A DNA stretch of 64,000 nucleotides from Minisyncoccota bacterium. Its GTDB lineage: Bacteria; Patescibacteriota; Minisyncoccia; Minisyncoccales; CG1-02-41-26. The position numbers were made by a program, and so were the translations under genes. The DNA is taken from positions 104,214 to 168,213 of the forward strand of contig JAQULB010000001.1 of assembly GCA_028718785.1 (NCBI GenBank), written 5' to 3'. The notes beneath the pieces are model-generated. The model did no database searches. It was given only the letters and a program-made list of their open reading frames with translations, and was not told the origin of the DNA. Below, piece after piece: positions 43,169-53,797 of the stretch (positions are counted from its first letter, which is position 1; each line of letters opens with the position of its first letter).

Positions 43169-43178
43169 ATTTTTTATT

Positions 43179-43376
43179 TTATTGAAGCAACCCCCCATAG
43201 CTTGTAATAGTGGATATAAACTGGGGTATAACAAACAAAAGCCCAACTAAAGGCACAATAAAAAGAACCGCTGTGATAATAAGCGTCCAAAGGAAAATTT
43301 TATTGAGTTTGTCAATTGACTTTTGTAGCTTGTCAATTTTTTGCTCTAACGCTTGTTGTGAATTTTGTTGTTCCAT
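43179..43376 (-). CDS. Small membrane protein
   Basis: 65 aa, coiled N-terminus plus one or two TM helices. Confidence 0.4.
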   Translation of the reverse strand: MEQQNSQQALEQKIDKLQKSIDKLNKIFLWTLIITAVLFIVPLVGLLFVIPQFISTITSYGGLLQ

Positions 43377-43388
43377 ATTTTTTATTTA

Positions 43389-43811
43389 TTATACACCTTT
43401 CTTTCTTATTTTCCCGTTAATAAATGAGAAGGTTTCTTTTTTATGAGCCCAGGCCAAAATACCGTATTGGGGCTTTAGATCTTTCATCTTTTCGTGCAAA
43501 GCATCTCTCGATAACGCAATTTCTGTTAACGATGGCTTGTCTCTTAAAAACTGGGCAATTAAAAATGGTTTATCATTTTTAAAGGCCACTAAATCCACAG
43601 AGCCCAAAATTTCATATTTTGGCCCCTCAAAATCTATTTTTATATCTTTCATTTCATAGCCGTGATTTTCTAATAAATCCACTAAAAATTTAGCTTTAGT
43701 TTCCTCTCTCTCTAACCGATTGTTTTGGTTCTTGGTTGAAGAATTATACAGAGTATCGCTTTCGTCAGCGATAAAAAAGAAAAATTGTTTTTGAGTTATT
43801 ATTTGTTGCAT
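43389..43811 (-). CDS. Hypothetical protein
   Basis: 140-aa ORF upstream of radC-adjacent genes. A weak resemblance to restriction-endonuclease-like folds could not be substantiated. Confidence 0.35.
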   Translation of the reverse strand: MQQIITQKQFFFFIADESDTLYNSSTKNQNNRLEREETKAKFLVDLLENHGYEMKDIKIDFEGPKYEILGSVDLVAFKNDKPFLIAQFLRDKPSLTEIALSRDALHEKMKDLKPQYGILAWAHKKETFSFINGKIRKKGV

Positions 43812-43842
43812 AAATTGTTTGTTATTAGTTTTTTATTATTTG

Positions 43843-44520
43843 TTATATAAGTCCGTTTTCTTTAAAACTAAACACTTTAATTTTAGTTATAATAATGTGG
43901 TCTAATGCCTCAATGCCCATTATTTTTCCCGCCTCGACCAGGCGTTTGTTTATTTCTAAATCAGCTTGTGAGGGCTGTTCGTTGCCCGATGGATGATTGT
44001 GGCAAAAAATCACAAAAGCCGCGTTTTGTTTTATGGCCTCCCCAAAAATTTCCCGAGGATGAACGATATTGGCATTTAATGTACCAACAAACATTGGCTT
44101 TTTAAAAATTAACTCATTGCGAGCGTTTAAATACAAAACCATAAAATGCTCTCTTTGCTTATCTTTCATATAGATAGCTTGAGCAACAACATCGTCAACG
44201 GTTTTTATAACAGGAGTAATTTCTTCTTTAACTTCTAATGCCCGCTTTATAAACTCAGCACAAGCCAACAACAAACAGGCCTTTGTTGGGCCAATCCCCT
44301 TAATCACCGAAAGCTCTTTAAAATTAAGATTTAAAATTTCTCTTTTAGAGTACTGATTTAAAATCCGCAAAGCCACCTGTAAAACATCTTCCCCAGCAAT
44401 GCCAGTATTCAACAAAATTGCCAACAATTCAGCATCTTTTAAATTTTGAACGCCTTTAGCTATAAGTTTTTCTCTTGGCCTGTCCACTTTTGGCAATTGT
44501 TTAATAGTTTGTTTCTCCAT
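43843..44520 (-). CDS. radC: RadC-family JAB-domain protein
   Basis: HhH region (GIGPTKA) and JAMM motif HNHPSG..PSQAD. Confidence 0.85.
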   Translation of the reverse strand: MEKQTIKQLPKVDRPREKLIAKGVQNLKDAELLAILLNTGIAGEDVLQVALRILNQYSKREILNLNFKELSVIKGIGPTKACLLLACAEFIKRALEVKEEITPVIKTVDDVVAQAIYMKDKQREHFMVLYLNARNELIFKKPMFVGTLNANIVHPREIFGEAIKQNAAFVIFCHNHPSGNEQPSQADLEINKRLVEAGKIMGIEALDHIIITKIKVFSFKENGLI

Positions 44521-44523
44521 ATT

Positions 44524-44784
44524 TCAATAAACACCTTGGCGATGACCAATGTTTAAAATATAAATAACAGCCCGCTTTTCATCTACTTCATACAAAATCC
44601 TATAAGGCCAGATTCGCACCTTTCTTTTTTTGTCTAACTCGCCCCACATTTTTGCACCCAAAAATGGATTTTGCGACATTGCGTCAATCACCTCAACAAT
44701 TCTTGCTTGCCAAGGCATTGGTATTTTTTTTAGATTATGCCTTGCTCGGCTTGAAAGATTAATTTGAAATCTTTTTTGCATTTT
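44524..44784 (-). CDS. RelE/ParE-family type II toxin
   Basis: C-terminal RILYEVDEKRAVIYILNIGHRQGVY. Overlaps the antitoxin stop. Confidence 0.8.
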   Translation of the reverse strand, partial: KMQKRFQINLSSRARHNLKKIPMPWQARIVEVIDAMSQNPFLGAKMWGELDKKRKVRIWPYRILYEVDEKRAVIYILNIGHRQGVY

Positions 44785-45130
44785 TTTTCCTTTGTTTTGG
44801 CTGATATTTTTCTCTGCCTGCATCGGCTATCACCGAGGATCCGCTTTGAGCAAAAGCAAGCTCATTTTTAACAGAATCCCAGCTAAAAACCTTGCCTGCC
44901 TTTATTTCTTGCTCTGCTTTTTGCAACTCATTTAAAGCGCCAGGTTCACTTAAAAAATTAATGGTTTCCAAAATAGAGTCGTATTCGTTAAAAGACATCA
45001 AAACCGCCTCTGGTTTGCCATCAATAGTTAAGGTGTAAAAAACGCCTGGATTTTGCACATCCGCAATAATTTTAAAAAAGTTTTTTCTTGCCTCGGTGGC
45101 TGGAATTATTTTTTGATTATTTTTGCTCAT
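44759..45130 (-). CDS. Phd/YefM-family type II antitoxin
   Basis: IIPATEARKNFFKIIADV...PEAVLMSFNEYDSILET. Confidence 0.8.
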   Translation of the reverse strand: MSKNNQKIIPATEARKNFFKIIADVQNPGVFYTLTIDGKPEAVLMSFNEYDSILETINFLSEPGALNELQKAEQEIKAGKVFSWDSVKNELAFAQSGSSVIADAGREKYQPKQRKKNAKKISN

Positions 45131-45135
45131 ATATT

Positions 45136-45357
45136 TTAATTGTGTGAGATTTTAGGCTTAACTATTTTATATTTTTTATTTCTATAAACAACTCTGACCT
45201 TGCTTATGTCTTTTTCAATATACTTTTGCTCTGTTTTAGTTTTATAATCTTCTCGCTCAACATAACAATGGCCCCAAATTTTCATCTGACTATTTTTCTT
45301 TTCATCAAAGAAAATTTCTGCCAATTTATTATTCACAATAGCAAAACACCAGCACAT
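45136..45357 (-). CDS. Hypothetical small protein
   Basis: 73-aa ORF, no motif. Confidence 0.35.
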   Translation of the reverse strand: MCWCFAIVNNKLAEIFFDEKKNSQMKIWGHCYVEREDYKTKTEQKYIEKDISKVRVVYRNKKYKIVKPKISHN

Positions 45358-45402
45358 AGATTTATTTTTATTTTATTATGTACATTATAACGGACATTGA
45401 AA

Positions 45403-47088
45403 TTACTTGTCAATGCCAAAAGCTAAAAATAACCTGGCCAAACGCAGTTCGTCAAAAGAGTATTGGCCTTGAAATTTTTCAAAAACTGGCTGGAGTTTAT
45501 CTGTGTCTAATTCACGAAACACCTTGCTTATTTCTGGCATTCTCAAGATCAATCTTTCGTCAATTAATTGTTCCAAAGTTTCATAGCTGATTTTATCTTT
45601 TAAAACCAGGTTTTCCAAATGGCTAATGATTGTTCCTTTGGTTAATTTTCTTGCTCTAATAATTTCTTCAATATTTTTTCCCTCTGCAATTAAAGCCAAT
45701 GTTTTATCATAAGTGCTGGTTTTTTCTTTTTTGTTTTGGGCCTGCCCTGATACTTGCCGAAGGGCCTGTTTTTCTATCGCTCCCCCGCAGGCCTTTAAAA
45801 AGTTATTTTGTTTTTCCAAAATTTTTTCTTTTGGAATTAAAGAAAAATTCTTTTGGGCTTGTTGTGATTGTTCCCTAAAAACCTGGTCTTGTTGTTGCAT
45901 TTGAGGATGCGTTAAAAAGGCCTTTTGATTGTGCCCCAAAAGATAAAGCCCGGATAATCTTCGCACCCTTGATAAAGCAACGTAGCCCTGGCCAAACTCA
46001 AATGTTTTTTGCAAATCAATAACCGCCCCCTCCAAACTCATACCTTGGCTTTTATGAATGGTAATGGCCCAAGCCAATCGCAGTGGCACTTGAGCAATTC
46101 TGGCTTTAATGCTCCCCCCGTCTTCAATAGTCCACTCCATTGGAGATACTTCAATTTGCTCCCCAGTTGCTATTTCAACAATTGGGTAATTGTTTTCTTC
46201 ATTAAACCCAATAACCTTGCCAATTGTGCCATTAACAAAGCCCTCTTTGATGTTGTTTTTAGTGAACATCACGCAAGCGTCTTTTTTTAACTCTAATGTT
46301 TCAGGTGATAAACAGCCCTTTTTTAAATTTTCCACAAAATTTCTCTGGCCTCGAGAAAACATATAAAAAAACTCTGGCTTGCCTGGTAGCTGGCTTAATT
46401 CTTGACTGTTAACTCTATCCACATCCATATTATGAGAAAAAATTCGAGTAATATTTTTTGGCGTTTTTTCAAACTCAACAACTCTATTTTTGATAACTTG
46501 CAAATGCTTATTGTCAAAACTGTTAGTTCTAATAGCTGAAAGCATTGTTAAAAAACTTGCGTCATCTTGTCTGTATTGCTCAGTTAAATAACAAACCGCG
46601 AAATTGGCTTTTTCCCAAGCAGGAGACGCAAAAGCAAATTGCGCTTGGTTGCCAATTGGGGGCAATTGAAAAAAATCTCCCACCACCACAACCTGCAAAC
46701 CCCCAAAAGGTTCTTTATTTTCCAAAATTTGCTTGCAAACCAAATCAACCATTGTAAAAGTGCCGGCCTCCAGCATTGAAATTTCATCAATAATCAAAAC
46801 TTTGGCTTTTAACACGCGCTTTTTAACATATGAGGTTTTGGCAATTTTTTCTAAATCTCTTTTGCTAAGATGCTCTTTTATGCCAATTCCCGCCCACGAG
46901 TGGATAGTTATGCCGTTCAAATGAGTGGCGGCAATACCAGTTGAGGCGGTTATGGCTGGAGCAATGCCATGCTCTCTTAAATAATCAGCATATTGATTAA
47001 CCGTGTGTGTCTTGCCAGAACCCGGCTCCCCGGTTAAAAAAACATTAACTCCGGTTTTTAAAATTTCTAAAGCTTGCTCTTGTGTCAT
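45403..47088 (-). CDS. Pif1/RecD-like SF1 helicase with C-terminal HTH-like extension
   Basis: Walker A GEPGSGKTH, Walker B LIIDEISM, QLPPI, TIHKSQG, ALSRVR motifs. Confidence 0.85.
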   Translation of the reverse strand: MTQEQALEILKTGVNVFLTGEPGSGKTHTVNQYADYLREHGIAPAITASTGIAATHLNGITIHSWAGIGIKEHLSKRDLEKIAKTSYVKKRVLKAKVLIIDEISMLEAGTFTMVDLVCKQILENKEPFGGLQVVVVGDFFQLPPIGNQAQFAFASPAWEKANFAVCYLTEQYRQDDASFLTMLSAIRTNSFDNKHLQVIKNRVVEFEKTPKNITRIFSHNMDVDRVNSQELSQLPGKPEFFYMFSRGQRNFVENLKKGCLSPETLELKKDACVMFTKNNIKEGFVNGTIGKVIGFNEENNYPIVEIATGEQIEVSPMEWTIEDGGSIKARIAQVPLRLAWAITIHKSQGMSLEGAVIDLQKTFEFGQGYVALSRVRRLSGLYLLGHNQKAFLTHPQMQQQDQVFREQSQQAQKNFSLIPKEKILEKQNNFLKACGGAIEKQALRQVSGQAQNKKEKTSTYDKTLALIAEGKNIEEIIRARKLTKGTIISHLENLVLKDKISYETLEQLIDERLILRMPEISKVFRELDTDKLQPVFEKFQGQYSFDELRLARLFLAFGIDK

Positions 47089-47214
47089 AAATATGTGTTT
47101 TTATTATACAACTTTCACATTATAACTTCTAATTTTAATCCCAAAATTTAAGCATTTAAAAAGGCATAGTTTATACAAACAACTATGCCTTTTACTTTTA
47201 TTTAAATAGTTAAG

Positions 47215-47646
47215 CTAAGGCGCTGGGCCCAAAAAAACTTCAGGCAATCCATCCTTGCCACTAAATAAAACATTGGCCTGCAAAACTGCCTTTTCAACGC
47301 CCTCTGTGTCTCTAATAATAAATATGTCTCCCCCAGTAAAATCAAGGTACTTTTTTTCACCAGGATTAAGCTCTATAATTCTAATCGGAATTTTATTAAT
47401 CTGCTTAATGCCCAATAACCTTTCTTGCTTGATATTTACAGGAAAGATATTCCCGTTAGTAATAAAGCCAGTGGCTTTATAGTAAAAACCATAAAAATAG
47501 CGGTTCATGCTTGTATAGGAACCGAATGAACCCTCAACACTAACTCCGTAGTTTTTAGATTTACAATAATAATCTGCTGAGGAACAACCCATAAGCTGAA
47601 AAATTATTAGAAAAAGGATAAGCGCATAAAGAGCTCTGCTCATCAC
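47215..47646 (-). CDS. Putative lipoprotein
   Basis: Lipobox LMGCSS. Confidence 0.55.
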   Translation of the reverse strand: MMSRALYALILFLIIFQLMGCSSADYYCKSKNYGVSVEGSFGSYTSMNRYFYGFYYKATGFITNGNIFPVNIKQERLLGIKQINKIPIRIIELNPGEKKYLDFTGGDIFIIRDTEGVEKAVLQANVLFSGKDGLPEVFLGPAP

Positions 47647-47783
47647 CCGTTACCTCCAACTATGTTGAATTGTTAATAATACAAAGCTTAATCAATTCCT
47701 ATCTTAAGCTCTTTACTCTAAAATTGCAAGATTAAATTATTTGTGTTATAATTTTGGGGTTATTAAAACCCTGAAAATAAACT

Positions 47784-49574
47784 ATGGAAATTAGAAATAT
47801 CGCCATTATTGCTCATGTGGACCATGGCAAAACCAGCTTAACTGACGCTTTAATGCGCCAGACAGGTTTTGCTATAGAAGGAACAACAATGGACTCAAAC
47901 GCCTTAGAGCTTGAGCGGGGCATTACAATTTATTCCAAAAACGCTTCAATTTATTACAAAGACACAAAAATAAATATTGTGGACACTCCGGGGCACGCTG
48001 ACTTTGGCTCGGAAGTGGAGCGAGTGCTCCGTTCCATTGACTCGGTACTTTTGGTGGTTGACGCTGGGGAAGGACCAATGCCTCAAACAAAGTTTGTTTT
48101 AAAAAAGTCATTAGAGCTTGGTTTAAAACCAATTTTAGTTATTAATAAAATTGACAAACCAGCCGCCAGACCTGACTGGGTGCACGACAAGGTTTTTGAG
48201 CTTTTTTATGATTTAGGCGCCACCGAAGAACAGCTAAACTTTACCTGCGTTTACACGATAGCTAAACAAGGCATTGCCAAGCTTAATTTAGCAGACACCT
48301 CAACTGACTTAACCCCTCTTTTGGATATTATTTTAGAAAAAATACCTTCGTCTTCAAGTGATGCGTTAAACGAACAGCCATTAAGAATCCAACCCTTTAA
48401 CTTGGGTTATGACAATTTTATGGGCCGTTTGGCGATTGGTAGAATCTATGAAGGCACAGCTAAAACAAACAGCAATGTTTTTATAAAAACACCAACTGGT
48501 GAAACAAGAACTGGAAAAATAGCTAAAATATTTTCTTTTTCTGGATTAAAAAGAGAAGAAGCGCAAACGGCTGTGGCAGGAGATATTATTATGATTGCTG
48601 GACTCCCCAATATTTATATTGGCGAAACAATCTGCGTTGATAAAGACCAAATGGCTTTACCCTCAATTAACATTGACGAGCCAACTATTTCTTTAAATTT
48701 TTTAGTTAACAGCTCCCCTTTTGCAGGAAGAGAAGGAAAATTTGTAACAATTAGACAAATTAGAGAACGATTAGAAAGAGAGCTTGAAGTTAATGTGGGC
48801 TTAAAGGTGGATTTTACAGAAATGGATTATTTTACGGTTTCAGGCCGGGGCGAATTACACATTGCCATACTATTGGAAAATATGAGGCGAGAGGGCTATG
48901 AACTTCAAGTTTCTCAACCCCAAGTTATTATTAAAGAAGAAAACGGCCTAAAAACAGAACCGTTTGAAGAAGCAACAATTGATGTGCCAAATGACTCAGC
49001 TGGAGTTGTTATTGAAAAGCTTTCCAAAAGAAAAGGCCAAATGATAGAAATGCGCCCCGAGCAAAACCACACCCGTTTAATTTTTGAAATACCCACCCGT
49101 GGCTTATTGGGCTATAGGGGCGAGTTTGTTATTGCCACAAAAGGCGAGGGCATACTTTGCAGTCAATTTATTGGCTTTAAACCTTATGTTGGTGAAATTG
49201 AAAAACAAGATGTTGGCTCAATGGCTTCAATGGCAACGGGCAAAGCGTTGGGATTTGCTTTGTGGAATTTGCAAGAAAGAGGTGTTTTATACATCGGAGC
49301 TGGCACTGAGGTTTATGAAGGAATGGTTATTGGCAACACATCCAAAGGCAATGATATGGCTGTTAACCCCACCAAGGGCAAGCAATTAAGCAATATGCGA
49401 GCCAGCGGATCTGATGAAGCAATCACCCTTGTGCCTCCTTTTAATCTTTCTTTGGAACGAGCTTTAGAAATAATGAAAGATGATGAATATTTAGAAGTAA
49501 CGCCAAAAAATATCCGCTTACGCAAAAAATTCTTAACCGAACTTGATAGAAAACGGGACTCTCGCAAAAAATAG
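47784..49574 (+). CDS. typA: Translational GTPase TypA/BipA
   Basis: [25 protein letters not shown]-like domains and BipA C-terminus. Confidence 0.95.
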   Translation: MEIRNIAIIAHVDHGKTSLTDALMRQTGFAIEGTTMDSNALELERGITIYSKNASIYYKDTKINIVDTPGHADFGSEVERVLRSIDSVLLVVDAGEGPMPQTKFVLKKSLELGLKPILVINKIDKPAARPDWVHDKVFELFYDLGATEEQLNFTCVYTIAKQGIAKLNLADTSTDLTPLLDIILEKIPSSSSDALNEQPLRIQPFNLGYDNFMGRLAIGRIYEGTAKTNSNVFIKTPTGETRTGKIAKIFSFSGLKREEAQTAVAGDIIMIAGLPNIYIGETICVDKDQMALPSINIDEPTISLNFLVNSSPFAGREGKFVTIRQIRERLERELEVNVGLKVDFTEMDYFTVSGRGELHIAILLENMRREGYELQVSQPQVIIKEENGLKTEPFEEATIDVPNDSAGVVIEKLSKRKGQMIEMRPEQNHTRLIFEIPTRGLLGYRGEFVIATKGEGILCSQFIGFKPYVGEIEKQDVGSMASMATGKALGFALWNLQERGVLYIGAGTEVYEGMVIGNTSKGNDMAVNPTKGKQLSNMRASGSDEAITLVPPFNLSLERALEIMKDDEYLEVTPKNIRLRKKFLTELDRKRDSRKK

Positions 49575-49672
49575 TCAAGCTCCGACCTTGACCTAATTAC
49601 AAAAGAAAAAACCCTTCAATGCTTCAGGGCTTATTCTGAATTTATTGAATGGTTTTTTATTTAAATAATTTT
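49512..49672. repeat. Direct repeat copy 1 (typA 3-prime end + intergenic + obg 3-prime end)
   Basis: 49563-49668 matches 50591-50696 at about 90 percent. 49512-49530 matches 50582-50600. Confidence 0.8.
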
Positions 49673-50335
49673 TTACCTTGTGATATCTTTTTTTATCTTT
49701 CGAGCTTCCTCCATAAAAAATTCCTGCCACTTTTTTGGGTTAACTTCCTTTATCATTTTTGGATAGTCCTTCACCTGTTCAGCTTGTAAAAGTTGACTGC
49801 CCCATTGCAATAAATCAATATGCCAATCAAATTTCACCCGAGCTTTTTTCAATAATTCGCCTATATTCCAAGCAGTTTTTTGAATAATAAAATAAATATC
49901 AATATAATCACGGGCTCTTGGTTTTTGATAAATAGTAAAAATTTTATTAACCGCTATGTCTAACAAGCTATCTACGCTCAAATTATCTCTTAATAGTCCC
50001 TTTTCTACTCTTGAGAAGGGAAAATAAGTGAACTCAGTTTTTATGATTTCATCTGAAAAATGCAAAAAAAATAAATTGCGGTTAAAACTTTGCTGGCTAT
50101 CTATTTTCTCAAAACCTACTTTTTCCTTAACACTCTTTAAAAAAGAAAAAATTGACTGAGGGTCAACTTCATTTTCAGAAAAAAAATCTAAATCCTCAGA
50201 AAAGCGATGCTGTAAGTAAAATTCAGCTAAAGCTGTGCCACCAGTTAAATAAAAATTAGAGCAAACATCCTTGCTTTGACTAATAACTTCTAATACTTTT
50301 GCCTGATTTTCGCTTAAAATTGCTTTTTGGGCCAT
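49673..50335 (-). CDS. AbiEii/AbiGii-family nucleotidyltransferase toxin
   Basis: YLTGGTALAEFYLQHRFSEDLDFF motif. Confidence 0.8.
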   Translation of the reverse strand: MAQKAILSENQAKVLEVISQSKDVCSNFYLTGGTALAEFYLQHRFSEDLDFFSENEVDPQSIFSFLKSVKEKVGFEKIDSQQSFNRNLFFLHFSDEIIKTEFTYFPFSRVEKGLLRDNLSVDSLLDIAVNKIFTIYQKPRARDYIDIYFIIQKTAWNIGELLKKARVKFDWHIDLLQWGSQLLQAEQVKDYPKMIKEVNPKKWQEFFMEEARKIKKDITR

Positions 50336-50520
50336 AAGAGAAAGGAAAGATATCTTTTTTTATTTGGGTCTAAATTAAGCAAATTCCAATACTTTTTTAG
50401 TTCAGATTGCTTAATTTTTTCTTTTCCCAAGCCAAAATTAATTAACTGCTCCAGTTGCCAAATTTTATACTTCTTTTTATCTTTTTTTAGTTCTTTTATA
50501 TCAACAGACCAATTGTGCAT
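50314..50520 (-). CDS. Small putative cognate antitoxin
   Basis: 68-aa ORF overlapping the start of the AbiEii-like gene. Not a canonical AbiEi. Confidence 0.45.
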   Translation of the reverse strand: MHNWSVDIKELKKDKKKYKIWQLEQLINFGLGKEKIKQSELKKYWNLLNLDPNKKRYLSFLLWPKKQF

Positions 50521-50581
50521 ATTTATTATTTTATATCCCTATCTTACCATAAAATTAAGCATACTTCCAGCCACCGAAAAC

Positions 50582-50697
50582 ATCCGCTTACGCAAAAAAT
50601 AGTCAAACCCCGACCTTGACCTAATTACAAAACAAAAAACCCTTCAACACTTCAGGGCTTGCTCTGAATTTATTGAATGGTTTTTTGTTTAATAAGT
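50582..50697. repeat. Direct repeat copy 2
   Basis: See 49512-49672. Carries a remnant of the typA end (NIRLRKK-stop) with a 42-nt deletion between two CGCAAAAAAT microrepeats. Confidence 0.8.
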
Positions 50698-51641
50698 TCG
50701 CGCAATATTTCTTTTACTTTTTCAAGAGAAATATCATCAATCACGGAAATTGGAATTATTTGCTTGTTTAGTGGTTTTAGCTGTTTTAGCTTTTTCGCAA
50801 CCTCTTCTTTGCTCAGTAAATCAATTTTGCTTAAAAAAATATACTCTGCTCTTTCCAATAACTCTGGATTAAAAGCGCAAAGCTCGTTTCTAATAATCTT
50901 ATAATCTTTTAAGGGATCTTGTGATTCTGCGGAAATAAAATGAAAAAGGGTTTTTGTTCTTTCAATGTGGCGTAAAAATTTTATGCCAAGCCCCTTGCCC
51001 TCGCTTGCCCCCTCAATCAGCCCGGGAATGTCAGCTAAAATCAATTCAAAATAAACTCCAAGGTTTGGCTCAAGTGTTGTGAAAGCGTAATTTGCCACTT
51101 TGCTTTTAGCGTTGGTTAAAACATTTAACAAGCTTGACTTGCCAACATTTGGCAAACCCACAAACCCAACATCAGCAATCAACTTTAATTCCAACCTTAA
51201 TTCGCATTCTGTTCCTGCTAATCCATACTGAAATTTAGTGGGACTGGTGTTTCTTGATGAGCGAAACATAAAATTCCCCTTTCCGCCCCTGCCCCCTTTT
51301 GCCACTAATAATTGCTGGCCAATAGCTGTTATTTCTGTGATTTCGTTTGTTGTTAAATTGTGAACAATTGTGCCAACAGGCGCTTTAAAAATTAAGTCCT
51401 CTCCATTGGCTCCATCTTTCATTTGCTTGCCTCCTTTTTCTCCATTTTCCCCAACCAACTCTTTTTTATAACGAAACTGAATTAAAGCGCCCAAATCAGC
51501 CACGCCTTCAAAATAAATACTTCCGCCATTTCCTCCTCGCCCGCCCGTTGGACCCAAAGACATTTTGGCATTATTAAAAGCCACATTGCCGTCCCCACCC
51601 CTGCCTGCTTTTACTTTAATTTTTACATCATCAATAAACAT
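50670..51641 (-). CDS. obg: GTPase Obg/CgtA
   Basis: Glycine-rich Obg fold (GGRGGDG, GGRGGNGG), G1 GLPNVGKSS, G3 DIPGLIEGA. Confidence 0.9.
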   Translation of the reverse strand: MFIDDVKIKVKAGRGGDGNVAFNNAKMSLGPTGGRGGNGGSIYFEGVADLGALIQFRYKKELVGENGEKGGKQMKDGANGEDLIFKAPVGTIVHNLTTNEITEITAIGQQLLVAKGGRGGKGNFMFRSSRNTSPTKFQYGLAGTECELRLELKLIADVGFVGLPNVGKSSLLNVLTNAKSKVANYAFTTLEPNLGVYFELILADIPGLIEGASEGKGLGIKFLRHIERTKTLFHFISAESQDPLKDYKIIRNELCAFNPELLERAEYIFLSKIDLLSKEEVAKKLKQLKPLNKQIIPISVIDDISLEKVKEILRELIKQKTIQ

Positions 51642-51661
51642 ATTTTATTTATATTAACACA

Positions 51662-51696
51662 TCCAAACAAAAAAGCTCCCAGGAAAGGAGCTTTTT
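51662..51696 (-). terminator. Rho-independent terminator of csp
   Basis: AAAAGCTCC...GGAGCTTTT. Confidence 0.6.
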
Positions 51697-51712
51697 TGTT
51701 AAACTCAAAGGA

Positions 51713-51961
51713 TTATACCTCCTCTGTTTCTTCTACTTCCTCTGCATCACCGGCATTATCGCCTGAAGCAAGAGATACATTCACTGCGTTTGGTCCTTTT
51801 GGAGAGTCAGCTTTTTCGAAAGTGACTTTGTCTCCAACTTTCAAATCTTCGTAGCTCACGCCTTTTAATTCATTGCCGTGAAAGAATAAATCTTTTTCTT
51901 CGCCTTCAACGGTAATAAATCCAAATCCTTTTTCTGTAAGGGTTTTAATTACACCTTCCAT
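51713..51961 (-). CDS. Cold-shock domain protein with acidic tail
   Basis: RNP1 KGFGFI, RNP2 LFFH. Confidence 0.9.
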   Translation of the reverse strand: MEGVIKTLTEKGFGFITVEGEEKDLFFHGNELKGVSYEDLKVGDKVTFEKADSPKGPNAVNVSLASGDNAGDAEEVEETEEV

Positions 51962-52194
51962 ATTTAAAAAGTTAGTTAATTTAATTTTTTTAAGGCCTGC
52001 TCAGTTAAATACTAAACTGGTCCTAAAGATTAGCTCCTTAAATAAACTCGACACCTTTACCAAGAAACCACCTTATTCTTATATTACCATAAAAAACCAA
52101 TAAATCAAGCCCTTCATCATATTTTGATTGATTTTTTGACTCGCCCTAAACTTAAAATAAAAACAAAAAACCAAAATTTTAAAAATTTTTTATT

Positions 52195-53400
52195 TTACTC
52201 AATAAAAGTTAAGGCCTTGCCAACCTTGCCACAACGACCTGTTCGGCCAATGCGATGGATATAATCCTCATAAGTGTTGGGAAGTTCATAATTGATTACA
52301 TGGCTAACATTGGGAATATCCAAACCCCGAGCCGCCACATCTGTGGCCACCAAAATTTGGCTTTTGTTTTCTTTAAACTTGCTTAAGGCCTTTTGTCTTT
52401 GAGTATGGTTTTTATTTCCATGAATTGACTCTGCCTTAAATCCGCGGATAACAAGCATTTCTGATAATCTTTCCACTCCATGTTTTGTTTTCCCAAAAAT
52501 CAAAACCTTATTAAATTCGGGCTTGGCTAACAAGTTATGTAAAACTTCAATTTTTACTTCGTTTCTAATGTAAACTACATCTTGGTCAACGCCTTTGGCG
52601 GTATCGCCAGTTTTAACGGAAATGCTAACTGGGTCTTTTAAAAACTCGTTGATAAGTTTTTTAATGTCAAAAGATATTGTGGCTGAAAACAAAAGAGTTT
52701 GATGAGTTTTTGGCATAGCTGTTACTAAAAATCGCATATCATTAACAAAGCCCATATCAAGCATGCGATCGGCCTCGTCTAAAACAATTGTTTGAAAATT
52801 ATTTAACTTTAAACAGCCCCTATCACTAAGGTCTTTAATTCGCCCGGGAGTGCCAATAACAAAATTATAACCTCTTCGCAGGTCATTTATTTGACGGAAT
52901 ACAGGCATACCTCCCACACAACAAACAGAAAAAGCGCCCAAACCAAAACCAAACTTTTTTAATTCTTGGTCAATTTGAATGGCCAGCTCTCTGGTTGGGG
53001 CAACTATCAACACATTCTGTTTTTTATCTTTTGCCACTTTATCTAAAAGCGGAACAATAAAAGCAGCGGTTTTTCCTGTCCCGGTGTTTGCCACCCCCAC
53101 AATGTCTTTCCCCGCTAAAATATAAGGGATAGCTTGATCTTGAATGGGTGTTGGGGTGATATAGCCAGCTCTTAAAATATTTTTTTTCAACCGTTCATCA
53201 ACACTAAAGCCAGCAAAAGAATTCACAGCCACATAGGGCTTGCTTTCTGCTGTTGAGTTAGCTTTGTTAACAAATTTTGAAATGTCTTTAAATTGCCCAA
53301 ACCTTGACTGAGACGCGCGAGGTTTTTGTTTAAAGGAAAATTTACCAACACTTGAACGCTTGGCGAAGTTTTGGCTTCGGCCATTTTGTTTTCTATACAT
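52195..53400 (-). CDS. DEAD-box ATP-dependent RNA helicase
   Basis: Q motif, ANTGTGKT, PTRELA, DEAD (VLDEADRM), SAT, HRIGRTGR. Confidence 0.9.
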   Translation of the reverse strand: MYRKQNGRSQNFAKRSSVGKFSFKQKPRASQSRFGQFKDISKFVNKANSTAESKPYVAVNSFAGFSVDERLKKNILRAGYITPTPIQDQAIPYILAGKDIVGVANTGTGKTAAFIVPLLDKVAKDKKQNVLIVAPTRELAIQIDQELKKFGFGLGAFSVCCVGGMPVFRQINDLRRGYNFVIGTPGRIKDLSDRGCLKLNNFQTIVLDEADRMLDMGFVNDMRFLVTAMPKTHQTLLFSATISFDIKKLINEFLKDPVSISVKTGDTAKGVDQDVVYIRNEVKIEVLHNLLAKPEFNKVLIFGKTKHGVERLSEMLVIRGFKAESIHGNKNHTQRQKALSKFKENKSQILVATDVAARGLDIPNVSHVINYELPNTYEDYIHRIGRTGRCGKVGKALTFIE

Positions 53401-53542
53401 ATATATTTTTCTTCCAGTCTAAGGGATTGATTAAAACCATCCCCAGTAATTAAGAGATAAGCCGACTAGAGATCTCTTAATTTCCAAAAAATATATATGG
53501 GAAACGAGAGATAAAACTTATGCCATAAGCATACTACAATAT

Positions 53543-53797
53543 CTACGAATTGTCAAACTCTTTTTTGTTTTTCTCTAAAGATAAAGAAGTAAGCCAAATA
53601 AGAAAGGGTCTTCTAAATTTATCTATTGGCCAGTCATCGCTATGAAAAAGCGAGGCCTTTTCAATTCTAAAACGAGAGAGCAAAGAAGTGGTGGCCTGCA
53701 AACTTTCAGGGGACATTTTATTATGCTGTTCCAAAAATTGCTCCTTTTTTAAGTGAGGGTTTGGAACTTCTTTAAATTTTTTAAATCTGGGGATCAT
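53543..53797 (-). CDS. Hypothetical protein
   Basis: 84-aa ORF, no motif. Confidence 0.35.
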   Translation of the reverse strand: MIPRFKKFKEVPNPHLKKEQFLEQHNKMSPESLQATTSLLSRFRIEKASLFHSDDWPIDKFRRPFLIWLTSLSLEKNKKEFDNS

